A stretch of DNA of 64,000 bases from Squalus acanthias. Lineage: Eukaryota. The notes below the pieces were generated by a model. The model saw only the letters and a program-made list of their open reading frames with translations. It was not told the DNA's origin and did no database searches. Both the position numbers and the translations under genes were made by a program. The stretch covers positions 1,984,001-2,048,000 of the forward strand of contig JASTWF010000034.1 in assembly GCA_030390025.1 (NCBI GenBank), written 5' to 3'. Of the stretch, positions 43,326 to 56,241 are shown in pieces; positions within the stretch are counted from its first letter, which is position 1; the number at the start of each line of letters is the position of its first letter.

Positions 43326-45756
43326 CTCAATATTCAGGAAAGATAGGCAAACTGGAAAGAGAGGTGGGGTAGCATTGCTGGTTAAACAGGGGATGAACAC
43401 AATTGAAAGGAATGATATTAGCTCTGATGATGTGGAATCTGTATGGGTTGAACTGAGAAATAACAAGGGGCAGAAAACGTTAGTGGGAGTGATATATAGA
43501 TCTCCAAACAGTAATGCGGAGGTTGGGGATGGCATTAAAAGGGAAATTAGAGATGCGTTCAATGAGGGCACAGCAGTCATCATGGGTGACTTTAATCTAC
43601 ATATAGATTGGACTAACCAAATTAGTAACAATACGATGGAGGAGGAATTCCTGGAGTGCTTAGGGGATGGTTTCCTGGACCAATATGTCGAGGAAACTAT
43701 CAGAGATCAGGCCATCTTACACTGGGTATTAGTCACCCCGGACTTCCAAATTTTAATTTAATTTGTTAAGTTTCCTTTAAAGTTTTATTGAGTTACAGAT
43801 ATTTAATTGGTACCCATTCAAAAGAGTACACAGGGTATTATGCAATGAGAAAGGATTAATTAGCAATCTTGTTGTGCGAGGCCCCTTGGGTCGGAGCGAT
43901 CATAATATGATAGAATTCTTCATTAGGATGGAGAGTGAAGTAGTTGACTCAGAGATTAGGGTCCTGAATTTAAATAAAGGAAACTACGATGGTATAAGGT
44001 GCGAGTTGGGTAGGATTAATTTGGGAATGTCACTCAAAGGGTTGATTTGTGGATAGGCAATAGCAAACATTCAAGGACCGCATGGACGACCTACAGAATT
44101 TGGTCATCCCAGTTTGGCATAAGAATAAAACAAAAAGGGTGACTCAACCGTGGCTAACAAGGGAAATTAGGGATAGCATAAGATCTAAGGAGAGGGCATA
44201 TAAATTGGCCAGAAAAAGCAGTAACGCTGAGGATTGCGAGCAGTTTAAGATTCAACAAAGGAGGACAAAGGGATTAATTAAGAAAGGGAAAATAGAATAC
44301 GAGAGTAAGCTTAAATGGAACATTAAAACTGACTGTAAAAGCTTTTATAGATATGTGAAGAGAAAAAGATTAGTGAAATCAAGCATAGATTCCTTGCAGT
44401 CACAATCAGGGGAACTTATAATGGGGAACAAAGAAATGTCATACCAATTAAATACATATTTTGGTTCTGTCTTCACAAAGGAGGACACAAATAACCTCCC
44501 AGATATGTCGGGGAACATAGTGTCTAATGAGAGGGAGGAACTGAAATAAATCAGTAATTGTAGGGAAATGGTGTTAGGGAAATTGACGGGATTGAAGGCC
44601 GATAAATCCCCAGGGCCTGATAATCTACATCCTAAGGTAATTAAGGAAGTGGCCCTGGAAATAGTAGATGCATTGCTGATCATCTTCCAACATTCGATGA
44701 AATCTGGAACAGTACCCATGGATTAGAGGGTAGCTAATATTACCCCTCTATTCAAAAAGGGTGGTAGAGAGAAAACATGGAATTACAGACCGGTAAGCCT
44801 GACATCGGTAGTAGGGAAAATGCTAGAGTACATTATAAAAGATGTAACAGCAGAGCACTTGGAAAACAGTGACAGGATCGGACGAAGTCAACATGGATTT
44901 GCAAAAGTTAAATCATGCTTGACTAATCTACTGGAACTCTTGAGAGGATGTAACTGATAAAATAGATAAGGGAGAACCAGTAGATGTGGTGTATTTGGAC
45001 TTGCAAATGGCTTTTGATAAGGTCCCGCATAAAAGATTAGCGTGTAAAGTTAAGGCACATGGGTTTGGGGGCAAGGTATTGATTTGGATAGATAACTGTT
45101 TGGCAGACAGAAAGCAAACAGTTAGAATAAACGGGTCTTTTTCCGAGTGGCAGACAGTGACTAGTGGGGTACCGCAGGGGTCGGTCCTTGGACCCCAGCT
45201 CTTCACAATATACATTAATGATCTAGAGAAGGGAACTGGATGTATTATCTCCAAGTTTGCAGACGGCACAAAGCTGGGTGGGCGTGTGTGCTGCGAGGAC
45301 GATGCCGAGAAACTCCAGGATGATTTGGACAGGTTGGGTGATTGGGCAGCAGCGTGGCAGATGCAATATAACGTGGATAAATGCGAGGTTATCTACTTTG
45401 GTGACAAAAACAGAAAGGCAGATTATTATCTGAATGGCAATAGATTGGGAGAAGGGGAATTGCAACGACCTGGGTGTCCTTGTGCACCAGTCGCTGAAGG
45501 TAAGCATGATGGTGCAGCAGGTGGTTAAGAAGGCAAATAGCATGTTGGCCTTCATAGCGAGAGGGTTTGAGTACAGGATCAAGGATGTCTTGCTGCAGCT
45601 GTACAGAGCCCTGGTGAGACAACACCTTGAGTACTGTGTGCAGTTTTGGTCGCCTTATCTGAGGAAGGAAGGAGTTCAGTGAAGATTCACAAGGCTGATA
45701 CCCAGGATGGCAGGAAGGACGTATGAAGAGAGATTGGTTTGATTGGGCTTATACTC

Positions 45757-46067
45757 ACAGAATCACAGAATCCCCACAGTGCAGATAGAGGCCATTTCGG
45801 CCCATCGAGCCTGCACCGACACATATCCCACCCTATCCCCGTAACCCCACGTATTTAATCCCCCCCTAACACTAAGGGTCAATTTATCCATAGCCAAATC
45901 AACCTAACCCACACATCTTTGGACTGTGGGAGGAAACCGGAGCACCCGGAGGAAACCCACGCAGACACGGGGAGAATGTGCAAATTCCACACAGACAGTC
46001 ACCTGGTCCGGATTCGAACCCGGGTCCCTGGCGCTGTGAGGCAACAGCGCTAACCACTATGCCACCG
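45757..46067 (-). mobile_element. HE1-type V-SINE with CR1-derived tail
   Basis: A box tggcatagtgg, B box ggttcgaatcc, V-domain ctccccgtgtctgcgtgggtttcctccgggtgctccggtttcctcccacagtccaaaga, tail gattctgtgattctgt; TSD tactc at 45752-45756 and 46068-46072. Confidence 0.92.
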
Positions 46068-46497
46068 TACTCGCTGGAGTTTAGAAGAATGAGAGGGGTT
46101 CTCATTGAAACTTATAAAATTCTGACAGGACAGGAAAAACTAGATGCAGGAAGGATGTTTCCGATGGTCGGGGAGTCCAGAACCAGGGGTCACAGTCGAA
46201 GGATAAGGGGTAAGCCAGTTAGGACAGAAATTAGGAGGAATTTCTTCACCCTGAGAGTGGTGAACCTGTGGAATTCTCTGCCACAGAAGGCAGTAGAGGC
46301 CAATTCATTAAATATATTCAAGAAGGAGTTGGATATATTTCATAATGCTAAAGGGATCAAGGGATATGGGGAGAAAGCAGGGACAGGGTACTGAATTTGG
46401 ATGATCAGCCATGATCGCATTGAATGGCGGAGCAGGCTAGAGGGGCCGAATGGCCTACTCCTTCTCCTATCTTCTATGAGTCTATGAGTCTATGAGA

Positions 46498-48548
46498 TCC
46501 AAACTCCAACATTGTCATTAAACCTGCTGACAAGGGTGGTGCTGCTGTTGTTTGGCGAACCGACCTCTACCGTGCGGAGGCTGAACACCAATCTCCGACA
46601 CCTCCTCCTCCGACCTCCGCCTGGACAATGGCCCCACCACCGAACATCAAGCCACCATTTCCTAGACTGTCACTGGCCTCATCTCCTCTGGAGATCTTCC
46701 CTCCACGGCCGCCAGTCTCATAATTCCCCAACCCCGCACAGCCCTCTTCTACCTCCTTCCCTAGATCCATAAACAGGTCTGCCCTGGTAGACGCATCGTT
46801 TCAGCCTGTCCTTGCCCCACGGAAAGTAACTCTTCCTATCTCGACTCTATTTTTTCTCCACTTGTCCAGTCTCTTCCCACCTACATCCGCGACTCTTCCG
46901 ACGCCCACTGCCACTTTAACAGTTTCCAGTTTCCTGGCCCCAACCGTCTCCTTTTCACAATGGATGTCCAATCCCTCTACACCTCCATCCCCCACCAGGA
47001 TGGCCTGAGGGTACTCCGTTTCTTCCTTGAACAGAGGCCCAACCAGTCCCCATCCACCACCACCCTCCTCTGCCTGGCTGAACTTGTTCTCACTTTAAAC
47101 AACTTCTCCTTTGACTCCAGTCACTTCCTCCAAATTAAAGGTGTTCCTATGGGAACCCGAATGGGCCCTAGCTATGCCTGCCTTTTCGTGGGATATGTGG
47201 AACATTCTTTGTTCCAGTCCTACTCAGGTCTCCTCCCTCACCTCTTTTTCTGGTACATTGATAACTTTATCGGTGCTGTTTCCTGCTCTCGCCCTGAACT
47301 AGAAAATGTCATTCATTTTGCTTCCAATCTCCACCCTTCCCTCATCTCTGGCTCTTCCCTTCCCTTCTTTGACTTCCCCGTCTCCATCTCTGGGGATAAG
47401 TGATTAACAAACATTCACTGTAAGCCCACTGACTCCCACAGCTACCTGGACTACACTTCCTCACACCCCGCTTCCTGTAAGGACTCTATTCCATTCTCCC
47501 AATTTCTCTGTCTCCTCTGCATCTGCTCTGACGATGCCACCTTCCATACTAGTGCTTTCGACATGTCTTCCTTTTTCAACAACCAAGGATTCCCCTCTAC
47601 TGTGTTTGACACGGCCCTTGACCGTGTCCGTTCTATTTCCCGCACTTCTGCTCTCACCCCTTTCCCTCCCTCCTGGAACCAATATAGGATTCCCCTTGTC
47701 CTCATCTTTGACCCCACCAGCCTTCAAATTCAACAGATCATCCACCGCCATTTCCGCCACCTCTCGCGTGATCCCTTTCAGCATTCCAAAGGGAATACTC
47801 TCTCCAAAACATCCTGGCCCACTCCTCTATCACCCCAAACAACCCGCTGCACTTCCCACGGCAGCTTCCATGCAAGCCTGTACACTGGGGAGATCAAACC
47901 CACATTGGATGACCGCTTTGCGGAACACCTCCCTGCAGTCTGTAAGGGTGATCCCGAGCTTCCTGTCGCCTGTTACCTTAATTCTCCGCCCCACTCCCAC
48001 TCTGACATCTCCGTCCTCGGCCTCTTATAGTGTTTCAATGATGCTCAACGTAAACTCAAGTATCAGCACCTCATCTTTCGATTAGGCACTTTACAGCTTT
48101 CTGGACTCAACATTGAGTTCAACAATTTCAGACCATAACCTCTGCCCCTATCATTTTTTTCATTTTTTCTCTCTCTCACACGGCAGCTGTCGATCATTCT
48201 GCCATTGCCATTTACACTTCATCTAGAGTCATCTTTTGTTTCTTAATTTGTCCCATTACCATCTCCTTTTGCCTTGCACCATCATCCCTTTTTTCTCTTA
48301 ATCTCTCCTGCCTTCCATCCTATCACAGTCCTTCACATTTGTTCTTTCCTCCCGTCCCCCCTTTCCCTTCCTCTACACTGACTTAAAAACCAGTTCCATC
48401 TCCAACTTTTTCCAGTTCTGACGAAGGGTCATCGACCTGAAACATGAACTCTGATTCTCTCTCCACAAATGCTGCCTGACCTGCTGAGTACTTCCAGCAT
48501 TTTCTGTTTTTATTTCAGATTTCCAGCATCCTCAGTATTTTGCTTTTG
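46498..48548 (+). mobile_element. Penelope-like element (RT, partial GIY-YIG, terminal repeat), decayed
   Basis: IKPADKGGA, MDVQSLYTSIP, GVPMGTRMGPSYACLF, YIDN, YTGE..DRFAEH; hammerhead-like core at 48414-48451. Confidence 0.93.
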
Positions 48549-48556
48549 CACTAATA

Positions 48557-51500
48557 ATTGAAATTGGGGCGCTCGCCTCTGCCGGTCAGGGCGGATCCAC
48601 GCTGATAGACGCACCTGGGGGACAGCTGCGAGGGAGCGGGATGACAGTGGGGTCCCGACCCGTTCACAGAAATAACAACTTTCCCACAGGACCCGCCTCC
48701 GATCGCGCCCGCTACCACCCCAGAAAATGAGAAGTTCCAGCATTTTCTGTTTAAAGTAGTTATCTGTCAGACCTTTAACAGTGGGTTTAACCTTACCTTT
48801 TAAATTGAACTGGATGGCCACGGGGAGCACGGTGTTCGGTGATCAGGTCTCACAAGCTGAGGCAGGAGTTCAGTGGCCATTGCTCCAGCTGATTAATTGT
48901 CAGCATCAAATGTAGTATAAATACTCCCACCTGACTGATGATCACTTTCCTCAGCAGAAGCTGTTTCTCACTGCATTCCTAGCACAGATTCAGCAGGCTG
49001 CAGTATTTCCAGCAAATACTCCATCCAGTGTCACCTCATTGGAGGAACCTCTTCCACATTGACAAATTGCTTCTGTCATCTCTACTTCACCTGCCATCTA
49101 TTCCATCATCATCGATGCTATTTATACTGTCTCACCTTGGTCCTCAGAATCTGACCACGATGAGCCCCAACACCAGCAGCGCCAGGCACACCATCAGCAC
49201 CAACAACAACACCAACCTTCTCCACAATCACGTGATGCTGCAGAGGACAGAGCGCATCAACACCCGAGCACATTGCTGTCCGGCAGGCCAGGGCTGGTCT
49301 CACCATGGCCAGATTTACTTCACTTGACGCTGTACGCCCTTACAACTGCCACATGATGCTCCAGGATGGCACCACCCCACAGCAACACCGTAAAGCATCC
49401 CTGCAATGACCAAGCCGTTCCTTTCACACTCACCACCGTTGCTGGAGTTATCGTTATGTCTCACCATTCACTGCAACTCATGAATCCACTTGCAAAGGTG
49501 CACACACATCTGTCCCAGACCGGAAAGTGTTGAAAATGTGGATTTTGATGTTTGACAGCACATTAATGGAAACTTTACATAAACATTCGATAAAACCCCC
49601 AAGTGGCTACCCTTGTGAATTATACTTGTGTAGAAAAGACTGATAGTTGGATGTTTTTAGTAATAACATGTATAAGTATAAGTGTGAGTGTAGAATAGTG
49701 AACTTCACATTAACCAAATATCTATATTCAGTGTGACCTGTCATGACTTGTGCATAAATTGCTGAGGCTTGCTCAAAATGTAACTGCAAAGACAGCCAGG
49801 ACTAGTCAAGACTAGCTCTGATAACGGACAGTATCGCAGCTTACGCAGTTTATGAGGCCTTGTACTGCTTGTACCAGGGAAGCTAGAAATGAGAGAATTA
49901 AGGTCAATTCCAATGGGGTGAAGAACTATAAACAAGATAACGATGAACAGGGTAAAGTTGTAGGAAAAATACTGGAAAGGCGGGGCCAGGATGCTAAACT
50001 TAGACTGAGTAACAATGCTGTTTTGATCATTAGAACCTATTAAAATAGGTGATTTTGTTAAAGACCATACATGGACAATACCCGCATGAACTTTTGATAA
50101 GACATGGGTTAAAACCTTGCTACTCGAAAAACAACTTTACACAGACCTACTGCAAGATCAAAGGAACAGACTGAAGATGACGTCACTTGTGTCCGAGAGG
50201 TTCCAGAGTCCAAGGGCTGCGAGCTACTCGTTAAACTATCGCCTGCTCTTCAGTCTAATACACTGTAAGCTTAATAAATCTTGATCTATTGCTCAAATAT
50301 ACTGGCTGCTGCCTATTGGTGTCTTGTCCAAGAACTCTGAGAGATTATAAAGCTCTTACACTTCTGTGTCATCTTTCTCTTCTGCATGTATCTACGAGGA
50401 GCTAGCCGTGTGGCTTCAGCAGAGGTAGATGCAGCCTGCTCACTTCCCTGCTGCCAAGGAGGTGTAGAGCACCTTGCTGCACAGCAGTGAGGACATGAGG
50501 ACCCATGTCTATGCTGACATCCCTCCTAGAGAGGGGATCTATGAGTCTTTGCCATCTATTCTCTCTGCATAGCCATGTATCCTCCATAAAGACTATGTGC
50601 TCCTCCGAGTGGAGCATTAGCTGCTCCATGTAGCTGCCCATCCTATCGATGGAGGAGCCTACAGTCACCATCGTCTGTGACATGGTAGTGGTCATGTCGG
50701 AGATTGACTCCTCAATTCACTGAACATTTGCAGACTTCGCACTCGCAACACCTGTCAGAGCCCCCTGCACTTCTTGCTGCACCTCCAGGATCGCACTCTT
50801 TCTACATGGCCCCCGAGGCTCAACGTCTGCAGGCAGCTAATCAGAGCTGGGAGCATCCTGTACCCTCCGGCAAGAAGTCTCCACTGCTCTCCCTCTCTCC
50901 ACCATCTGCTCTTGCACACTTGTGAGTTATGAGAAACCAGGTGACAACACTACTCTATCTCGTGTGGGACCTACCGAGGTGTGCGTGTCTGCCCTTGTGC
51001 TGGGTGAACTTATGTCAGGTGATGGTGCACCCTCAGAGGCTGGAGGCTCCTCTGAGGAGTCGTCTTCCTCTTCCTCCTGGACAGTGGAGGGTGGGGGGAG
51101 CTCTTGATGCCCCTAAGGGAGAGTGAAGATATGAGTTAGATATGTCATGTGAAGAATGGCTACAAGTACCATTATGCACATGGTGACCATTCAGTGACAT
51201 CAGTGCTCATTTGAGTGATGGATGTATGCCATGTAGCTGTATGATATGTAACTCTGTCACTAGGTTGCTGAGATGTCCCCCTCGCTCCGTCTCCCACCTC
51301 CAGCTGCTCAGCTACTGCAGATATTTCTAAAGCAGCCTCCTCTGCTGTTGTAAGTTTTGCAAAAGATGGAGTGCCACCGCCGGTTCACCCCTTCTCCCTC
51401 TTATTGTGGGCTCTCTTTTCCTGCAAGGAGGGAAAGAAGAGATGTTTGAGTGAGAGTGTTGGAATGAATGTAAGGAATGGATGGGGTAGATATTTAAAGG

Positions 51501-52263
51501 GTGACTATGATGGAGTCGGGTGCCAAAGACAAGTGGCCTCCTTGTGGGTTGTTAGTTGGTATGATTGCACAAGGGTGAGTTTGAGTGTGAGGGAAGGCTA
51601 GTGAGATGGGGACGTGATAATGTAAATAGAAAGAGAGGGACGGGTGGACGTGCAAGGTATGTTGGTGTGAGTAAGAATGTGCAGGGGTAGGGTTGGGAAG
51701 GCAGAGTGATGGGGCTGTGATGAGAGGCACAGCAAGATGAAGGTGAGTGTGGCTTTGTACTCACGTTTCCTGATCTAATGTGATCATTGAAACATTTGCA
51801 GCATTGCACCCAGGTCTTCCTGACAACATCCCTGCTGGTGAGCCCCTCTGCAATCTCCAACCAGGCTGTTTTGGTCTCCTGGGGAGGTCTCTTCCGTCCA
51901 TTGGAAGAGAAGAGGACAACCCTGAATGCTTTGACTCCCTTCATAAAAATACGGAGAGAGCCATCGGACAACCAGGGTGCAGCCCTCTGCCACACTGCAG
52001 TCAATGTTAGTGTTTGAAGCACTCCAATGCTGTAGTGTACTGACAGCACTATGTCACATTGACATTCAAGTCCAATGTGGCCATGGCCCCTTTAAAGCTC
52101 CCAGCTGAAAACGCGTCATCGATAACGTCAACAGACCAGACCCGTCTAATTGGCCCGGGTAACGCACTGGGCGGGCTCAATAGTCATGTTCAGCAGCGGG
52201 CTGGAGCCATCAACAGGGTCAAGATCCGTAACGGACCTGCCCAGGTAGGCACAATTCCGGCCG
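48557..52263 (-). mobile_element. Harbinger relic, right-arm copy
   Basis: ORF 51552..52049 contains the Myb/SANT exon with intact donor GTGAGT (51759-51764); mirror of 33918-37593. Confidence 0.72.
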
Positions 52264-52979
52264 TGGTGTTTACGGTCTTGAGGAGTCCAGGGGCCATATG
52301 TATTTTCAGTGTGAGAGGTTGCAGCCTCTGTATCGTTACCTGAAGTGGGAGTTCCTCAGCCTTTGGTTACATTTTAGCGCCAGGCTCCTAATCTTTGGCC
52401 GCCTGGTGCAGAGTCGGGTGAGTAAGGCGGCGGATCTTCTCCTGGACCTGCTCTTGCACTTGGCTGAAACAGCAATTTGTAGGTTCAGGGTGGGCGGGGC
52501 CCATGGGAAGCGAAGCTGTCTCTGGCTTCCTGCCTCTCTTCCGCTGTCTTCTCCGTGCCCAGGTGCTGCTGGAGAGGGTGCATGCGGTGTCCACTGGTAC
52601 GTACGATATCTTCCGTGACCAGAGCGCACTGCAGGTCAGTGAGGTGATAATCGAAACTCACAATCACATTGTGATTTAATTATTGTTTGTGTGTGTGTGT
52701 GTGGCTGTATTCTACATTTTACTGTAATAACAACAGAACATGCTGAAAACACTCAGCAGGTCAGGCAGCATCGAGGAGAGAGAAACAGAGTCAAAGTTTC
52801 GTGTCGAGGGCCCTTCCTTAGAACTGTTACTGGAAATTTGTGGTGCGTTGGGACAACTGCCTTAATGGTTTAATGTCCCCGTCTGGTGACACTAGGGCAA
52901 CTTAATGTCACCCCGCGACAGGTAGTGAACAAAGGCCCAATGTGAAAATGTCAATGATCTCTTCACCAATTGGAGCTTT

Positions 52980-53390
52980 CAATGGCGGTGTCCTTACACA
53001 GGATCCCCCGCGCGACAGAAAGTGCCCTATCAATGACTGCAGGAGCGCAGTGCGCAGGCGCGAAGCAGGGGCGTGCTCCGAGCATACGCAGTGCGCGTGG
53101 TGACGTGTAGGAGTAATGGTGGAAACAATCGGAGCATCGAGCACAGAGAAGCAAAATGAACGTTTCAGGTCGTGACCTTCGTCAGTGTATTTCCTGTTGT
53201 ACTCATGGCCGAACAAGCGGCTGGAGAGGCGGCAGGAGATTGTAGCGGCCGGGGAGGAATCGGCTCCTCGGCTGGACTGGGAAGATTCAAAAACACCCGG
53301 CCGCCATCTTGGTGAAGGAAGGCGGGACATGACCCCGCGCCGCCATTTTGGACAGTATGGGGTCACGGCGCATGCGCTCGCCTCTCCCAG
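52980..53390. promoter_or_regulatory. CpG-island promoter, right-arm copy
   Basis: YY1-like CGCCATCTT and CGCCATTTT at about 53303-53350; GCGCATGCGC at about 53368; TGCGCAGGCGC at about 53051. Confidence 0.7.
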
Positions 53391-53419
53391 TGCAGCAACA
53401 GCAGGAACATTTTTTTAAT

Positions 53420-53880
53420 TCCCTCGAGAAGGTGGTGGTGAGCCGCCTTCTTGAACCGCTGCAGTCCGTGTGGTGATGGTACACCCACAGTGCTGTTAGG
53501 GAGGGAGTTCCAGGATTTTGACCCAGTGACGATTAAGGATCGGCGATATATTTCCAATTCAGGATTGTGTGACTTGGAGGGAAACTTGGAGGTGGTGGTG
53601 TTCCCATGCGCCTGCTGCTCTTGTCCTTCTTGGTGGAAGAGGTCGAGGTTTGGGAGATGCTGCCGAAGAAGCCTTGGCGTGTTGCTGCAGTGCATCTTGT
53701 AGATGGTACACAATGCAGCCCCGGTACGCCAGTGGTGGAGGGAGTGAATGTTTAAGGTGATGGATGAGGTGTCAATCACGCGGGCTGCTTTGTCCTGGAT
53801 GGCGTCGAGCTTCTTCAGTGTTGTTGGAGCTGTACTCATCCAGGCAAGTGGAGAGTATTCCATCACACTCTTCGCACACA
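53420..53880 (-). mobile_element. CR1/L2-group LINE 3' end, right-arm copy
   Basis: ORF 53363..53929: VMEYSPLAWMS..KSWNSLPNS. Confidence 0.85.
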
Positions 53881-54071
53881 GGGGCTGTAGAACTGGAGCA
53901 GAGGGAGGGAGAGAGTGGGAGAGGGGCAAACATATGATGCAATGGGTAAGGATTTCAGCACGGAGAGGGAGAGTGTGTGGGACAGGAATTTACAACTTTT
54001 AGAAACTAGAATTGTCTGTTCTGAATTTCTGTCCTGTACTTAGTGTTGACTTTTGTAATCTCCTTTTTCAG

Positions 54072-54680
54072 GGTATTAGAAGGGGAGGATTTTTAGAAAA
54101 GAAACTCAAAAAAAACATCATGCCAAGATCTGAGAGTCACTCGATTCATCAGGACCTGAATATCATCGGCCTTTGAATGGGGAAGGAGAAAGCTTTCTCG
54201 GGTTCTTCTGTGTGGGAAAGGATTTTAACACCTTGTGACTGGGAAAGCACCGAGACCCGTTCACACTTGAGCGAGAGTGTTCCAGTGCACTGACTGTGGA
54301 GAGATCTGTAACCAGCTACACAGCCTGAAAAAACTTCGCACCATTCACAGCGGGGAGAAACTGTACACGTGTTCTGTGTGTGGACAAGGCTTCAACCGAT
54401 CGTCCCACCTGGAGAGACAGATGGACCATGGAGAAACCGTGGGAATGTGGGGTCTGTGAGAAGGGATTCAATTATCCGTCTGAGATTCAAATTCATCGGC
54501 ACAGTTACATTGTGGAGAGACTGTTGACCTGCTCCGTGCATGGGAAGGGATTCAGTCGGTCACCCATCCTGCTAAAACACCAGTGAGTTCACACTGGAGA
54601 GAATCTGTTCACCTGCTCCGTGTGTGTGAAGGGATTCACAAGGTCATCCAGTCTGCTGAAACACCAGCGAATTCACTCTG
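54072..54680 (+). pseudogene. C2H2 zinc-finger pseudogene exon, right-arm copy
   Basis: Acceptor tcctttttcAG (54070-54071); ORFs 54277 and 54380; same frameshift as the left copy plus an extra stop. Confidence 0.88.
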
Positions 54681-55044
54681 ACAGCAGATCTTTTACAAGT
54701 TCTTGTAAGGATTGGTATGTATAGATTAATAAATAGAGTCCACTGGTTGAGATATAGAATTATATCAATATTAAGCTAGAATTACTAGTGATTAAGTTAG
54801 GTTAAAACACAGTCCAGATAGACACACATCTGCTGCCAAGCATGGGAGAGTGTGAAGATTGAATTTAATGCCAGCAGGGTGTCTGGAGGACTGCTGGGGA
54901 GTGTAGCCAGAGAATCAGGCCCTTTTGTAAAGGACATTGGAAGCTGTGAGGGTTTGAAGGTTACAGAAGCAGGTAATTAACACTCCTGTGTGGGAGTAAA
55001 GAACAAACTAATAGAGATTAATGGGCAAGCACAACGAATGATAA

Positions 55045-56233
55045 CAGCTCACCTCCCCACTAAACCAGCAGCTCACCTCCCCACTAAACCAGCAGCTCAC
55101 CTCCCCACTAAATCAGCAGCTCACCTCACCACTAAACCAGCAGCTCACTGGCCCACTAAACCAGCTGCTCACCTCGCCACAAAACCAGCAGCTCACCTCC
55201 CCACTAAACCAGCAGCTCACCTCCCCACTAAACCAGCAGCTCACCTCCCCACTAAACCAGCATCTCACCTCCCCACTAAACCAGCAGCTCACCTCCCCAC
55301 TAAACCAGCAGCTCACCTCCCCACTAAACCAGCAGCTCACCTCCCCACTAAACCAGCAGCTCACTGGCCCACTAAACCAGCAGCTCACTGGCCCACTAAA
55401 CCAGCAGCACACCTCCCCACTAAACCAGCAGCTCACTGGCCCACTAAACCAGCAGCTCACCTCCCCACTAAACCATCAGCTCACCGCCCCACTAAACCGG
55501 CAGCTCACCTCCCCACTAAACCAGCAGCTCACCGCCCCACTAAACCAGCAGCTCACTCCCACTAAACCAGCAGCTCACCTCCCCACTTAACCAGCAGCTC
55601 AATGGCCCATTAAACCAGCAGCTGACCTCCCCACTTAACCAGCAGCTCACGAGCCCACTAAACCAGCAGCTCACCTCCCCACTAAACCAACAGCTCACCT
55701 CCCCACTAAACCAGCAGCTCACCTCCCCACTAAACCAACAGCTCACTGGCACATTAAACCAGCAGCTCACCTCCCCACTTAACCAGCAGCTCACTCCCCA
55801 CTAAACCAGCAGCTCACCTCCCCACTAAACCAGCAGTTCACCTCCCCACTAAACCAGCAGCTCACCTCCCCACTAAACCAGCAGCTCACTGGCCCATTAA
55901 ACCAGCAGCTCACTGGCCCACTAAACCAGCAGCTCACTGGCCAATTAAACCAGCAGCTCACTGGCCCACTAAACCAGCAGCTCACCGGCCCACTAAACCA
56001 GCAGCTCACTGGCCCATTAAACCAACAGCTCACTGGCCCACTAAACCAACAGCTCACTGGCCCACTAAACCAGCAGCTCACTGGCCCATTAAACCAATAG
56101 CTCACTGGCCCACTAAACCAGAAGCTCACTGGCCCACTAAACCAGCATTTCACTGGCCCACTAAACCAGCAGCTCACTGGCCCACACAACCAGCATCTCA
56201 CTGGCCCACACAACCAGCAGCTCGCCTTCCCAG
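55045..56233. repeat. 24-bp minisatellite, about 50 copies
   Basis: Unit cagctcacctccccactaaaccag, with a ctggccc variant. Confidence 0.97.
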
Positions 56234-56241
56234 TGAATCAG

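Larger units (their letters stand above)
38697..46497 (+). mobile_element. CR1 LINE (ORF2 APE-RT, 3' UTR) hosting a Gypsy element, an HE1 SINE and a 101-bp insertion
   Basis: APE text ELNIQ.YS|IFRKD is split exactly by the Gypsy; RT motifs at 44900-45700; tail (tctatgag)x3. Confidence 0.95.

Noticed and set aside
54990..55565. 191-aa (AAHLPTKP)n mucin-like ORF
   Set aside because: Stop-free 24-bp tandem repeat; only about 4 units in the paralogous arm; no gene context
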